From a virus: a stretch of 64,000 nt of DNA. Every line of letters starts with the position of its first letter. The first letter of the stretch is position 1. Made by a program: the position numbers and the translations under genes. Of this stretch, positions 49,042-58,560 are shown in pieces. The DNA is taken from the IMG/VR virus record IMGVR_UViG_3300021389_000005, positions 62,362-126,361 of that record; one strand, written 5' to 3'. The notes below the pieces were generated by a model. It was not told the DNA's origin and did no database searches. It saw only the letters and a list, made by a program, of their open reading frames with translations.

Positions 49042-49068
49042 GAAACCTTTATTTTTTGTAAAGTATAA
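49042..49068 (+). promoter_or_regulatory. putative middle promoter GAAAC-N17-TATAA
   Basis: Exact motif. Confidence 0.65.
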
Positions 49069-49084
49069 CTACTAAACAAGATAA

Positions 49085-49363
49085 ATGATTACAAGTACAA
49101 CATCACATTACAAGAGCTCAACTATCGATGCAGCATCGTATAACTTTGCAGATAAGACCTTAACTGTGGTTTTTAAATGGGCAACTTATGTTTATGAAGC
49201 AGTTGATGTAGCAACATGGGTTAACTTCAATTCAGCAGAATCTCAAGGTAAAGCACTCAATGAGTATATTAAGGGTGAATTTGAATATACTAAACACGAA
49301 GACAACCCTCCGGGTAGTCTTTTAGATGAACTACCACCAGCCGATTATCAATTAGATAATTAA
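49085..49363 (+). CDS. KTSC domain protein
   Basis: SSTIDAASYN...LTVVFK..TYVY..V......F..AESQGKALNEYIKG. Confidence 0.85.
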   Translation: MITSTTSHYKSSTIDAASYNFADKTLTVVFKWATYVYEAVDVATWVNFNSAESQGKALNEYIKGEFEYTKHEDNPPGSLLDELPPADYQLDN

Positions 49364-49374
49364 TATATTAAATC

Positions 49375-49569
49375 ATGACAAAAGCAAGCATCGTACAGAG
49401 ATTGTTAGACAAAGGTACAATCACAGCGGAAGAAGCAGTAATTCTATTAAAAACAGAAACTATAAATATTCCAATGTATACACCTAATCCTTATTATTCT
49501 AGTCCAGATTGGACTGGAACTCCACCGGTTTGGTGCGAAGACAATACTACAACAAGCAACATCGATTAA
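49375..49569 (+). CDS. hypothetical protein
   Basis: ORF track; SHOCT-like LLDKGTITAEEA. Confidence 0.55.
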   Translation: MTKASIVQRLLDKGTITAEEAVILLKTETINIPMYTPNPYYSSPDWTGTPPVWCEDNTTTSNID

Positions 49570-49580
49570 ATAACTTTCTA

Positions 49581-49736
49581 ATGAAAAAGCGTAATCAATC
49601 ACGTGAGGATATTAATCCCGAAGATCGTAAGCGAAAGCTTAATTTTAAAAAGAAACGACAGCGTAATCAAGAACCAACATTTGATCATCGCCGCGTTAGA
49701 AATCTAAAAGACTTAGAAGACTATGAAGAAATCTAA
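49581..49736 (+). CDS. small basic hypothetical protein
   Basis: In-frame ATG at 49581 within the listed ORF. Confidence 0.5.
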   Translation: MKKRNQSREDINPEDRKRKLNFKKKRQRNQEPTFDHRRVRNLKDLEDYEEI

Positions 49737-49823
49737 AATAAATTGGACACTTATTATTACATGGTCTGCTGTTATCACGGTAGCATATTTAATTTGGTCA
49801 AATGTCTATAAAATTGTTATAAC

Positions 49824-50039
49824 ATGAATGGATTACCCGGATATTACATAAGCGACGAGTTCAGAACTAATTCAAAAAGTCTTGTTCCAGGAGGATGGGA
49901 TGTTGAAGTAGAATTTGATAGTTTCGAAAAAAGAATTTATTCTAACATTAAAAACACAGAAGCATACGCTAAACATATATTGGCAAATGATAAAAGTGTG
50001 AAATCAGTGACAGTAATCGGAGAAAGTAAAACACAATGA
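49824..50039 (+). CDS. hypothetical protein
   Basis: ORF track; tightly packed. Confidence 0.6.
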   Translation: MNGLPGYYISDEFRTNSKSLVPGGWDVEVEFDSFEKRIYSNIKNTEAYAKHILANDKSVKSVTVIGESKTQ

Positions 50040-50245
50040 AAGAAGAAGATTTTATACACAGACACATTGAGAGCATATTAGATGTTCCTGGTGATCTTAG
50101 TTCTGGGATCAACGGTTGTATACTCGCAAGCGTATTCGATAGAGCATGTGACATCCTAGAATCAAATGGATCTAAGAAACCAAACATTGTAGATGTAATC
50201 GATGATCCAGAATGCGAATTAACATATTTAGTAGAAAATGGATGA
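50036..50245 (+). CDS. hypothetical protein
   Basis: ORF track; ATGA overlap. Confidence 0.55.
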   Translation: MKEEDFIHRHIESILDVPGDLSSGINGCILASVFDRACDILESNGSKKPNIVDVIDDPECELTYLVENG

Positions 50246-50310
50246 TGATATGATATTTTGGGATGATATGTGGAACATGTCAAGTAAGAAACTAAAAAAA
50301 GCAACTAAAA

Positions 50311-50643
50311 ATGAAGATACTACAAAAGATAGCGTGGAAGACACGCAAGTGGAACCTGAAGATTAATTTATTCGATCTATTTTTACATGACGGCGACGGA
50401 TGCTGGGGATTTACTTTATTAGAAATAGTTCATAACTTCGAAACAAGATCTTTACTTGCATTTGAATTTAGACTACCAAATGGAGGTAATATTAAAAAAT
50501 TTAGCATTGACAATTGGGATTTCTTATTTCTTAGAGGTTATATGTATAAGCAGTGGGAAAAGTTAGATGATAGAAAAATGTGGTCAGGTCCTCTTTCTAG
50601 ATGGGACGAGATGAAATTAAAGATACTTGGAAAAATACTTTAA
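50311..50643 (+). CDS. hypothetical protein
   Basis: ORF track. Confidence 0.6.
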   Translation: MKILQKIAWKTRKWNLKINLFDLFLHDGDGCWGFTLLEIVHNFETRSLLAFEFRLPNGGNIKKFSIDNWDFLFLRGYMYKQWEKLDDRKMWSGPLSRWDEMKLKILGKIL

Positions 50644-50653
50644 ACTTTTTTGA

Positions 50654-50705
50654 AAATAATCAGCCAAATATTTTTTTATTTGGCTTTTTTTTGGTATATT
50701 AGTAG
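50654..50705 (+). promoter_or_regulatory. putative early promoter (AAATAATC...T-run...TGGTATATTAGTA)
   Basis: Repeated intergenic motif resembling the Bacteroidota -7 element TAnnTTTG. Confidence 0.6.
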
Positions 50706-50736
50706 AGTAATTAAATTATTAACTAAAACAAAAATT

Positions 50737-51174
50737 ATGCCTTACATTACAAAAGAACAAGTTAAAGCAAAGAGAAAAGCTCTTAAAGAAGCTCTTCCTG
50801 AGTACAAATTATCTATTACTACTGAACACTATAGTGGTATTAAAGTAGCTATCATGAGAGGTCCGAGTATGCTCCATGGATCTACATACGAGCAATTGAA
50901 TCCTTATATGGATTATAGAGAAGAGAGATGGGACAGAGATCTTGAAGATCATGTTTCTTATCCTGAGATTGCTGACCTAATGGAGGTTATTATGCCTATA
51001 CTGAATGAAGGTATTGGTGAAGGCTTTCAAGACTCTGACTATGGTCATGTACCTGATTATTATACTTGGGTCCATATTGGTAAATGGGACAAACCTTATG
51101 TCTGTACTAAAATTGCAGGTGTAGATTTTTCTGAATCTCTTAATCAATTGGATAACTTATCAATCCTTTCATAA
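50737..51174 (+). CDS. early hypothetical protein (MPYITKEQVKAKRKALK...)
   Basis: ATG at 50737 downstream of the early promoter. The longer TTG start runs through the promoter. Confidence 0.65.
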   Translation: MPYITKEQVKAKRKALKEALPEYKLSITTEHYSGIKVAIMRGPSMLHGSTYEQLNPYMDYREERWDRDLEDHVSYPEIADLMEVIMPILNEGIGEGFQDSDYGHVPDYYTWVHIGKWDKPYVCTKIAGVDFSESLNQLDNLSILS

Positions 51175-51176
51175 AA

Positions 51177-51347
51177 ATGACATTTGAAGAAAGGTCTTTA
51201 GAAGCTGTAGACATTTTTGGAAAAGATGTGGTTGACGAGGTTATTGCCATCGTCAGCCTTTCTGATCCTGATGCAGCGTATGTTCAATTTGAAGACGAAG
51301 GTTTAAGCAACCACGTCTCATGTGTAGAATTTATTTACTTTAATTAA
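51177..51347 (+). CDS. small hypothetical protein (56 aa)
   Basis: Read manually. Confidence 0.55.
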   Translation: MTFEERSLEAVDIFGKDVVDEVIAIVSLSDPDAAYVQFEDEGLSNHVSCVEFIYFN

Positions 51348-51353
51348 AATATT

Positions 51354-51467
51354 ATGAATAAAATTAAAAATATCATTAGAAGTATTGAAAGCGTAGACAT
51401 CGTTCTTATAACAGCATTTTGTTTATACTTAACATTGCTAATTTCTAATGTTGCAAAAATGTTTTAA
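51354..51467 (+). CDS. small membrane peptide (37 aa)
   Basis: Read manually; hydrophobic IVLITAFCLYLTLLI. Confidence 0.45.
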   Translation: MNKIKNIIRSIESVDIVLITAFCLYLTLLISNVAKMF

Positions 51468-51884
51468 ATGAGATCACTTATTTTTATAACGCTTGCATTA
51501 TTTACATGTGTTTTAGTAAATGCCCAATCGGTAAAAACTAAAAGTGCATATGGTGATGCCATCGTATATGTTGATGGTAATACACTAAAATCTAAAAACA
51601 TGTATGGTGAAGCATTATTATACAATGACCATGGTACTATTAAAACTAAAAACTCTTATGGTAATGCAATCTATTATTTAGATGGTAATACTGTAAAACA
51701 TAAAAATAATTACGGTGCTCATGTTTTTTATTTTGACAACAACACAATTAGAAGTAAAAACAAGTACGGTGAAGCACTTTATTATTTAGATGGAAATACG
51801 TTAAGATATAAGAACAAATACGGTAGAGCTATTTATTATTTTGAAGGTATTCCAAAACGATGGGTGATAATTTGTTTGATATAA
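51468..51884 (+). CDS. secreted protein with six 18-aa repeats
   Basis: Signal peptide ...VLVNA-Q; repeats K(N/S)xYG(E/D/N)A(I/L)YY(L/F)DGNT. Confidence 0.75.
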   Translation: MRSLIFITLALFTCVLVNAQSVKTKSAYGDAIVYVDGNTLKSKNMYGEALLYNDHGTIKTKNSYGNAIYYLDGNTVKHKNNYGAHVFYFDNNTIRSKNKYGEALYYLDGNTLRYKNKYGRAIYYFEGIPKRWVIICLI

Positions 51885-51920
51885 ATGTAAATTTACCATA
51901 AAGTGTGTAATTATACTTAT

Positions 51921-52106
51921 ATGGAAAACAAAATTAAAACACCGATCACCGAATTGATAGAACAATTCGAGTCCGAGCTACATCACGATAACGTGAATTC
52001 AGGTTTACGATATGCTATCGCGATTTCAAAGAGAATGCTCAAGAAAGAACAAAAAATAATGTGCTGGTTTGCTAGAGAATGGCACGCAATTAAAAAAGAA
52101 TACTAA
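51921..52106 (+). CDS. hypothetical protein
   Basis: In-frame ATG at 51921. Confidence 0.55.
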   Translation: MENKIKTPITELIEQFESELHHDNVNSGLRYAIAISKRMLKKEQKIMCWFAREWHAIKKEY

Positions 52107-52534
52107 TGAAAGAACTATTTAAAGAAAGAGTTAATTATAACAAACTTGGAGGAAAAGAACAAGAAGTATATAATTTTGCTAAAACTGCAGCAGTTCTCGT
52201 AGAATACGGCTTTGCATGCTCTCAGATCACAGCAGATAAGCATGGTGCAGACATGATAGCATATCATATAGATACAGCTACACCATATTCAATTCAGTTA
52301 AAAGGATCAAGGGCAACTCTAGATCGTAAGTACTCTGGTAAGAATATTTGGATAGCATATACTGATCGTAAAACAAATGAACTCTGTTTGTATAATCATG
52401 ATCAAGCAGTTGAGATATTTGAAAAAACTAAATCAGGCCAATGCGATACTTGGAAAAATAAAGGATGGTATAGCGGAATGAGCATGCATAAACATTTTGA
52501 AGAAATAATAACAAGACTAAAATTAAATGAATAA
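52106..52534 (+). CDS. PD-(D/E)xK nuclease-like protein
   Basis: GADMIAY...SIQLKG motif. Confidence 0.55.
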   Translation: MKELFKERVNYNKLGGKEQEVYNFAKTAAVLVEYGFACSQITADKHGADMIAYHIDTATPYSIQLKGSRATLDRKYSGKNIWIAYTDRKTNELCLYNHDQAVEIFEKTKSGQCDTWKNKGWYSGMSMHKHFEEIITRLKLNE

Positions 52535-52691
52535 ACTAAGAAGAAGTACATCGAACAAATATATCGGCGGAGTTTGTGGAGGATTAGCTGAATGGACAGA
52601 TACATCACCATTAGCATGGCGAATTATATTCTTATTAATACCCAGTGGTCTAATAATATATATTGTAGCATGGATGTTAATTAAAAAATAG
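52527..52691 (+). CDS. pspC: PspC domain membrane protein (54 aa, not in the ORF track)
   Basis: Read manually: MNKLRRSTSNKYIGGVCGGLAEWTDTSPLAWRIIFLLIPSGLIIYIVAWMLIKK, a typical PspC motif. Confidence 0.85.
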   Translation: MNKLRRSTSNKYIGGVCGGLAEWTDTSPLAWRIIFLLIPSGLIIYIVAWMLIKK

Positions 52692-52694
52692 ATC

Positions 52695-52802
52695 ATGAAG
52701 GATAAATTCGACATAGACAGAAAGCTATCAATACTTATAGGACTTTGGATATTAGATAAGCTTATTATTTTAGCAATGTTTTATTGGTTTGATTACAAAT
52801 GA
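52695..52802 (+). CDS. small membrane peptide (35 aa)
   Basis: Read manually; ATGA overlap with the next gene. Confidence 0.45.
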   Translation: MKDKFDIDRKLSILIGLWILDKLIILAMFYWFDYK

Positions 52803-53053
52803 AGGAATGGTATGTTTATATCGTACAGTGTTCTGATGGTTCCTTATATACTGGCATCACAGTTGATCTAGATCGTAGATTAAATGAACACAATACTTCT
52901 AATAAAGGAGCCAAGTACACGAGATCAAGGCGCCCTGTCCAGATGATGTATTCAGAAACCCATGAAACCAGATCTCTAGCATCTAAGAGAGAATACGCCA
53001 TAAAACAGTTAACCAGAAAAGAAAAGTTAAATTTATTGAAAATAAACGCGTAA
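52799..53053 (+). CDS. GIY-YIG nuclease (UPF0213-like)
   Basis: WYVYIVQCSDGSLYTGIT.DL.RRL.EHN...GAKYTR.RRPV...E..IK. Confidence 0.9.
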   Translation: MKEWYVYIVQCSDGSLYTGITVDLDRRLNEHNTSNKGAKYTRSRRPVQMMYSETHETRSLASKREYAIKQLTRKEKLNLLKINA

Positions 53054-53064
53054 AAGTTTTTTAT

Positions 53065-53090
53065 TGTCGATTATTTGTGGTATATTAGTA
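53065..53090 (+). promoter_or_regulatory. putative early promoter TGTCGATTATTTGTGGTATATTAGTA
   Basis: An identical 26-mer occurs at 60250-60275. Confidence 0.7.
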
Positions 53091-53135
53091 GTATACTAAT
53101 GGAGGTTACTACCTCTTTCACTAAAAAACAAAATT

Positions 53136-53354
53136 ATGACAGTAGAACAAAGATTATCAAATTTAGAAGTATCATACATTAAGTGGTCAGAAAAAGAAAA
53201 CGGTTTTGAAGATGCTGGTTATATTTGGTGGGAGAGAGAAAAAGATTGCCAAGAATGGTGTAACAAAGAAAAGACGTATGTGCCTATGAGTACTACTAAA
53301 ACACTTGTTACTATGAGAGCTTGGGTAAAAAGACAAAAATCATTTTGTTCGTAA
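53136..53354 (+). CDS. early hypothetical protein
   Basis: ORF track; follows the early promoter. Confidence 0.6.
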   Translation: MTVEQRLSNLEVSYIKWSEKENGFEDAGYIWWEREKDCQEWCNKEKTYVPMSTTKTLVTMRAWVKRQKSFCS

Positions 53355-53413
53355 CTTTTAAAAATAAACAGTAAAAAGCTTTCCCCTTTAAAATAAAAGT
53401 GGTATATTAGTAC
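53345..53413 (+). promoter_or_regulatory. putative early promoter with upstream TTGTTCGTAACTTTT element
   Basis: TGGTATATTAGTA ends at 53412; the 15-mer also occurs at 60206-60220. Confidence 0.6.
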
Positions 53414-53439
53414 TGTAATTAAAAACTAAAAAAAAATAT

Positions 53440-54735
53440 ATGTACACAGATTTTCAACTCATATCAGATTTCGTTGAAGCATCAAATGCTTCTAATTCTA
53501 ACACAGCTAAATTAGAAGTGCTAAAAACATACACTCAATACGAGACAGTATGTAAAGCACTTAATTATACCTATGACACATATAAACAATATGGTGTTAC
53601 TTCTAAAAATTGTAAAAAGAATTCTGATTTAACTGGGCATCCTAACACATACGGAGATTTCTTTCTTTTACTTGATGATCTGAATGACAGAGTGGTCACA
53701 GGGCACAACGCAATTGCAAACGTTAATCAATACGTTAAAGAAAACCCGCTGTTTGAGGACTTAATCTGGAACATTCTGGATCGTAATCTTAAGACTAGAT
53801 CTACTGCATCTATGATTAATAAAGTAAAACCCGGCCTAATTCCTACATTCGATGTTGCACTCGCTCAAGCATATGACGAGAAGACTAAGAAAAAAGTAAA
53901 TTGGAATGATGGTTGGTATGTAAGTCGTAAACTTGATGGAGTTAGATGTCTTGGTATTATAGATGATCGCGGTGCAGTTAAATTTTACTCTAGACAAGGT
54001 AAAGAATTCTTAACATTAGATTCTCTTAAGCCTTCTATTGAAGCTCTCGGTCTTTCGAATATGGTATTTGATGGCGAAGTTTGTATGGTAGATGAAAATG
54101 GCAACGAAGATTTCCAAGGTATTATTAAAGAGATCAAAAGAAAAGATCACACTATTGCAAATCCATTCTATCACATTTTTGATTTATTGACAATTAAAGA
54201 ATTTAACGATAAAGAATCTATTACTACATTCAGTGAAAGATACACTAACATTAGATCTTATATTCTAGACGGTGATGAATTCATTAGTTGTCTTGATCAA
54301 GTCTTAGGAGATGACATGGTTATGGAAAGAATGATGGAATTATCTAAAGAAGGTGGATGGGAAGGACTAATGCTTCGTAAGAATACAACATATAAAGGTA
54401 AGCGTTCTAACGATGTTCTTAAAGTTAAGAAATTCTATGACGAAGAATACACAGTTGTTGATCTTGAAAATGATACACACCGAGTTATTGTTGATGGTAC
54501 AGAAGTAGAAGAAGAGATGCTAAAGAACGTTATCATTGAACATAAAGGAAATCGAGTTCAAGTTGGTAGTGGCTTTAATCATGAACAACGTAGACATTAT
54601 TTTCAAAATCCTAATCAGATTTTAGGAAAACAAATCACAGTTCAATACTTTGAAGAAACAACAAATATGAATGGAACTCACTCACTAAGATTTCCAGTAA
54701 TTAAAGCGGTGTATGAAACACCAAGAGATATTTAA
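53440..54735 (+). CDS. gp30: ATP-dependent DNA ligase
   Basis: SRKLDGVR, FDGEV, EGLML, YKGKRS..LKVK, VGSGF and SLRFP. Confidence 0.93.
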   Translation: MYTDFQLISDFVEASNASNSNTAKLEVLKTYTQYETVCKALNYTYDTYKQYGVTSKNCKKNSDLTGHPNTYGDFFLLLDDLNDRVVTGHNAIANVNQYVKENPLFEDLIWNILDRNLKTRSTASMINKVKPGLIPTFDVALAQAYDEKTKKKVNWNDGWYVSRKLDGVRCLGIIDDRGAVKFYSRQGKEFLTLDSLKPSIEALGLSNMVFDGEVCMVDENGNEDFQGIIKEIKRKDHTIANPFYHIFDLLTIKEFNDKESITTFSERYTNIRSYILDGDEFISCLDQVLGDDMVMERMMELSKEGGWEGLMLRKNTTYKGKRSNDVLKVKKFYDEEYTVVDLENDTHRVIVDGTEVEEEMLKNVIIEHKGNRVQVGSGFNHEQRRHYFQNPNQILGKQITVQYFEETTNMNGTHSLRFPVIKAVYETPRDI

Positions 54736-54746
54736 ATATAAATAAC

Positions 54747-54971
54747 ATGAGATATACAGTAACTTACGAAGTTTACATTGAAGGCGACAATGACAAACAT
54801 GCTCTTTCTAAAGCAGAACTAATAGCCAAAAATCAAAACGCATTACACCCAAGTCAAAGATGGGATGTACATAAATTACATATCACCCCATTTGCATCAT
54901 TAGATATAAAAGAAGTTGATATAGAAGCGATCAGAACAGAAAAATTATTAAAAGAAGATTTACCATTTTAA
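54747..54971 (+). CDS. hypothetical protein
   Basis: ORF track. Confidence 0.6.
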   Translation: MRYTVTYEVYIEGDNDKHALSKAELIAKNQNALHPSQRWDVHKLHITPFASLDIKEVDIEAIRTEKLLKEDLPF

Positions 54972-54973
54972 TT

Positions 54974-55825
54974 ATGCCAGAATTAGCCGAACTTAAATTA
55001 ACATCAGATTACGTAAACACATGTTCAGAAGGGGCAACATATACACGTGTAGAAAAGAATCCTCAACATAAAGGGGCAGAACTAGATATTCCGTTTAAAT
55101 ACTTTAGTATTAAATCAGAAAGTAAAGGTAAAGAAATTGTACTAACCATCAAAGATGAAGATAGTAAAGCCTTTATTCCTATTCGCATTACTATGGGAAT
55201 GTCAGGGCATTTTCAATTAACAAATACTGGCCAGGAACCTAAACATGCACATCTCAAGTTTCATCGTAAAGATGGCACTACACTGTCATTTGTAGATGTA
55301 CGCAGATTTGGTAAATGGACACAAGGTGTAGCATGGAATGAGGGTAGAGGACCAGATCCAACATCAGATTTTGATGCTTTCTTTTTAAACATTATGACCA
55401 ACCTTACAAAAAGAACATTTCGCAAACCACTTTATGAAGTTCTTATGGATCAAAAATGGTTTAATGGTATTGGCAATTATTTAAGAGCTGAAATTATATT
55501 CAGAGCAGAGAACGTTGATCCATTTCTTCCAGCTTCTCAACAAATTGCAAAATACCCAAAGATCTTGGAATTGTGTAGAGATATTCCAATGTTGGCATAT
55601 GCCAAAGGTGGTGGAAGCATTAGAGATTGGGACAATCCATTTGGATCTGATGCAATTCAAGAAAAATTTATGCTCTGTTATGGAAACAAAACCATGGAAA
55701 CTCGTATAGATTCTAAGAAGCGTAGATTTTGGTATGATTCTAAATGGAACGCACCTATGCATAGAGACGATTTAAAGGATTGGGATTACTATAGCGGCTT
55801 ACCAAGCCCAGCAGCATATAAATAA
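54974..55825 (+). CDS. Fpg/Nei DNA glycosylase/AP lyase, NEIL1-like (zincless finger)
   Basis: N-terminal MPE, KGKE, GMSG, FVDVRRFGKW, GRGP and H2TH DQKWFNGIGNYLRAEI; no Cys4 zinc finger. Confidence 0.9.
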   Translation: MPELAELKLTSDYVNTCSEGATYTRVEKNPQHKGAELDIPFKYFSIKSESKGKEIVLTIKDEDSKAFIPIRITMGMSGHFQLTNTGQEPKHAHLKFHRKDGTTLSFVDVRRFGKWTQGVAWNEGRGPDPTSDFDAFFLNIMTNLTKRTFRKPLYEVLMDQKWFNGIGNYLRAEIIFRAENVDPFLPASQQIAKYPKILELCRDIPMLAYAKGGGSIRDWDNPFGSDAIQEKFMLCYGNKTMETRIDSKKRRFWYDSKWNAPMHRDDLKDWDYYSGLPSPAAYK

Positions 55826-55945
55826 AACAAATATGAGTAACGAAGAAATTAGTACAGTAGCAGAAAAAATAGTAGCAGCAATAAATAAGACTACTAATGA
55901 TTACGATGCTAGAGAAAAAGTTTCAGAAATATTATCAAAACAAAG

Positions 55946-56182
55946 ATGAAAAAGTATTTAATTAAGTTAAAGTCTTTATTTACAAAGACACCTGAAAGAG
56001 AATTCACATGGACAGTAGAAGATTTTGAAGCTGCTAAAAAATGGGCTAAATCTCAACCAGATCCTGAAGATCCAAGCAGAACATTATGGGAAAGGGCATA
56101 TGTTTCTAATTGGAATGAATCAGCGTACATATTATCAGAAATTAATAAACAAATTCAAATTCAACATGAGAAACACAGTTAA
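55946..56182 (+). CDS. hypothetical protein
   Basis: ORF track. Confidence 0.55.
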   Translation: MKKYLIKLKSLFTKTPEREFTWTVEDFEAAKKWAKSQPDPEDPSRTLWERAYVSNWNESAYILSEINKQIQIQHEKHS

Positions 56183-56411
56183 ATTACCACAGCCGCAAAA
56201 GGATATTATTGTAAAAGCGTTACAGGTTTACCAAACTGCATTAAGAACATTAGAAGATAAAACTGATGATCAAGAATATACTGACTTTGATATTACTGCT
56301 TTAACTGGAATGTTTAAGGATAGTGACGTTGATGTAAGAATTGAATTAGATGAAGACGTACACAACTCATTTGTACATCGACATGGTGTAGATTTTCCAA
56401 TGTACGTTTAA
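56166..56411 (+). CDS. hypothetical protein
   Basis: In-frame ATG at 56166 (MRNTVKLPQ...). Confidence 0.55.
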   Translation: MRNTVKLPQPQKDIIVKALQVYQTALRTLEDKTDDQEYTDFDITALTGMFKDSDVDVRIELDEDVHNSFVHRHGVDFPMYV

Positions 56412-56633
56412 CACTAAAGAGAAATGAGAAAAGGATTTCACATCATAATGAAATAACATTTAACACCAAAGAGAAATGAAAATAACAGTTGAACATTACG
56501 ATGAAAAGGTTTCTATCGAAAGAAAAAACGATGACCTTGACTTCAACGAGTTTATGGGATTAGTGAGAAAGATTGCTCACGGTGTTGGATATGCTGATGG
56601 AACAATAAACGAATGGTTTAACACCGAAGAGAG

Positions 56634-57119
56634 ATGAAATACTGGTTTAAACGAAAATATAGACAAGTTAAGAGAGTCTTAGACTTCCTACCTATCATTT
56701 GGAGAGGATTTGATTTTGATTATAGATATGCGATTGATTTATTTAAACATCAATTAACACGTACTGAGAAATTCATGTCTTCTTCAAATGCGCATACAGT
56801 AAATGCCAATATTAGAGCTAGAAGAATTAAAACTGCCATTGAACTTCTTGATAAAGTTTACGATGAAGAATATGGTTGTGAATATCAAAAGCAGATGAAA
56901 TCAATATATGGTGACAATGTGTTAGATTGGAATTTTGAAGACACCGGAAGAGGGGATGGAACTTCATATCTTAATTATGAATATGAGAAGTGGGAAAATA
57001 AAGATGAAGTTAAAGAAACATTTGATAGGCTATTTAAACAGTCTAAACAAAAGCAAATTAAAGCTGAAAAATTAGTATGGGAATTTATATCTCATAACAT
57101 CCGAAGATGGTGGGATTAA
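56634..57119 (+). CDS. hypothetical protein
   Basis: ORF track; ends in RRWWD. Confidence 0.65.
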   Translation: MKYWFKRKYRQVKRVLDFLPIIWRGFDFDYRYAIDLFKHQLTRTEKFMSSSNAHTVNANIRARRIKTAIELLDKVYDEEYGCEYQKQMKSIYGDNVLDWNFEDTGRGDGTSYLNYEYEKWENKDEVKETFDRLFKQSKQKQIKAEKLVWEFISHNIRRWWD

Positions 57120-57160
57120 AAAAATATTATGAAAGAAGAAACACAATTTAACCAATATTT

Positions 57161-57778
57161 ATGAAGAAGCTAGAAAGAATGCAGAACTTGATTGTTGTAG
57201 GTCACCCAGATCAAGAATCTTTCTGTTACAATGGTATTTTTAAAACAATTCAGAAAACTCTATTAGATAGCGATTACCTAAATGAGGTAGAAGTTATTGA
57301 TCTATATAGAGATGATTTCGCTAGACCAAGAACGGATCTTATTGAAAGATATAAAGAACTAGTAACTTGGGCAGATAGAATTTATTTTGTATCTCCAGTT
57401 TGGTGGTTTAGATTAACACCAAGAACTGAAATCTTTTTCGATGAGGTGTTTACACCAGGATTTGCATATAAATTTGAGCCAATAATGGGACCATATGCAT
57501 ATCCTAAGCCATTTTTAAGTGATAAAAAAGTAAGAACTTATATCACACATGGTGCACCTTCATTACCAGTTAAGACTCTTTATTTAAACTCAGTTAAACT
57601 AAGATTAGTGATGGGAGTATTTACATTTGTATTTGGGTGGAAACTATCCAGATGGTTTAAAACAAAACAATTTTGGTCAGTACCATTTGCAAGTGCAGAA
57701 AAAAGAGCTAAGTATTTAGAAACAGTTCGCAAAGATGTTGTAAAAGACTTAAGGAAACACCAAACGCCGGTTAAATAA
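57161..57778 (+). CDS. flavodoxin-fold NAD(P)H:quinone oxidoreductase (Flavodoxin_2)
   Basis: VGHPDQESF, IDLY, WAD.I.FVSPVWW and FFDEVFTPGFAY. Confidence 0.85.
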   Translation: MKKLERMQNLIVVGHPDQESFCYNGIFKTIQKTLLDSDYLNEVEVIDLYRDDFARPRTDLIERYKELVTWADRIYFVSPVWWFRLTPRTEIFFDEVFTPGFAYKFEPIMGPYAYPKPFLSDKKVRTYITHGAPSLPVKTLYLNSVKLRLVMGVFTFVFGWKLSRWFKTKQFWSVPFASAEKRAKYLETVRKDVVKDLRKHQTPVK

Positions 57779-58546
57779 ATGAAAATTGATAAAATTTACA
57801 TATTAGCAATAGATCATACTCCTGAAAAAGTAAAGTCTATTGAAAATAAATTAGAGACTATCGGCTTTGATGACAATACGCCATATGAGATTTTATACGG
57901 ACACAATGGTTGGAAATCAGAACTACCTGATAATTGCAATGTTTATAAGAATTGGGCCCAACCAGAAAGTTGGAATGATTTTTGGAAATTAGAACCTCAA
58001 CCTGGTGAAATAGGATGTGCACTTTCACATAATATGGCTTGGAAAAAAATCATAGAAGATAATATTTCCAGAGCATTAATCTTAGAAGAAGATTTTGTTT
58101 TTAAAAAATCATTTAAAGACTTAGAAGAACCTTCTGAAGGTTGGCCTTATAAATGGGATTATTTGACACTAGGAAGATATGTATTTAATTATGATAACGA
58201 TATTAAGTTAAACGATACCTATTGTATTCCTTCTTTACATTATAATATGCACGCATATGTGTTAACACACTTAGGAGCTCAAAAGCTTATAAGTTATAAA
58301 TTAGAAGAAAACATATTTCCATGTGATGAATTCATAACAGCTACTTACATGAATCACAGGAGATGGGATATTGAAGAAATGTTCCCCGTTAAATTGATCA
58401 ATGCACTTGCTACAAATGAAAAGTGGATAGGACAAACTTCAGATGCAGAATCTACAACAGTAAGTGCTCACACCAAAACATTTGAAAATAAAGATAGAAA
58501 TTCTTTATTAGAAAGATCTCGACTAAAAGAAACAAACAAAAACTAG
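57779..58546 (+). CDS. glycosyltransferase family 25
   Basis: GEIGCALSH..AW..I, ALILEEDF, HAYVLT..GAQKL and PCDEF. Confidence 0.85.
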   Translation: MKIDKIYILAIDHTPEKVKSIENKLETIGFDDNTPYEILYGHNGWKSELPDNCNVYKNWAQPESWNDFWKLEPQPGEIGCALSHNMAWKKIIEDNISRALILEEDFVFKKSFKDLEEPSEGWPYKWDYLTLGRYVFNYDNDIKLNDTYCIPSLHYNMHAYVLTHLGAQKLISYKLEENIFPCDEFITATYMNHRRWDIEEMFPVKLINALATNEKWIGQTSDAESTTVSAHTKTFENKDRNSLLERSRLKETNKN

Positions 58547-58555
58547 CACATATAA
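58529..58555 (+). promoter_or_regulatory. putative middle promoter GAAAC-N17-TATAA
   Basis: Exact motif upstream of the kinase gene. Confidence 0.55.
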
Positions 58556-58560
58556 TACAC

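Noticed and set aside
52799-53053. GIY-YIG homing endonuclease
   Set aside because: It is only 84 aa with no DNA-binding extension and matches the stand-alone UPF0213-like type.
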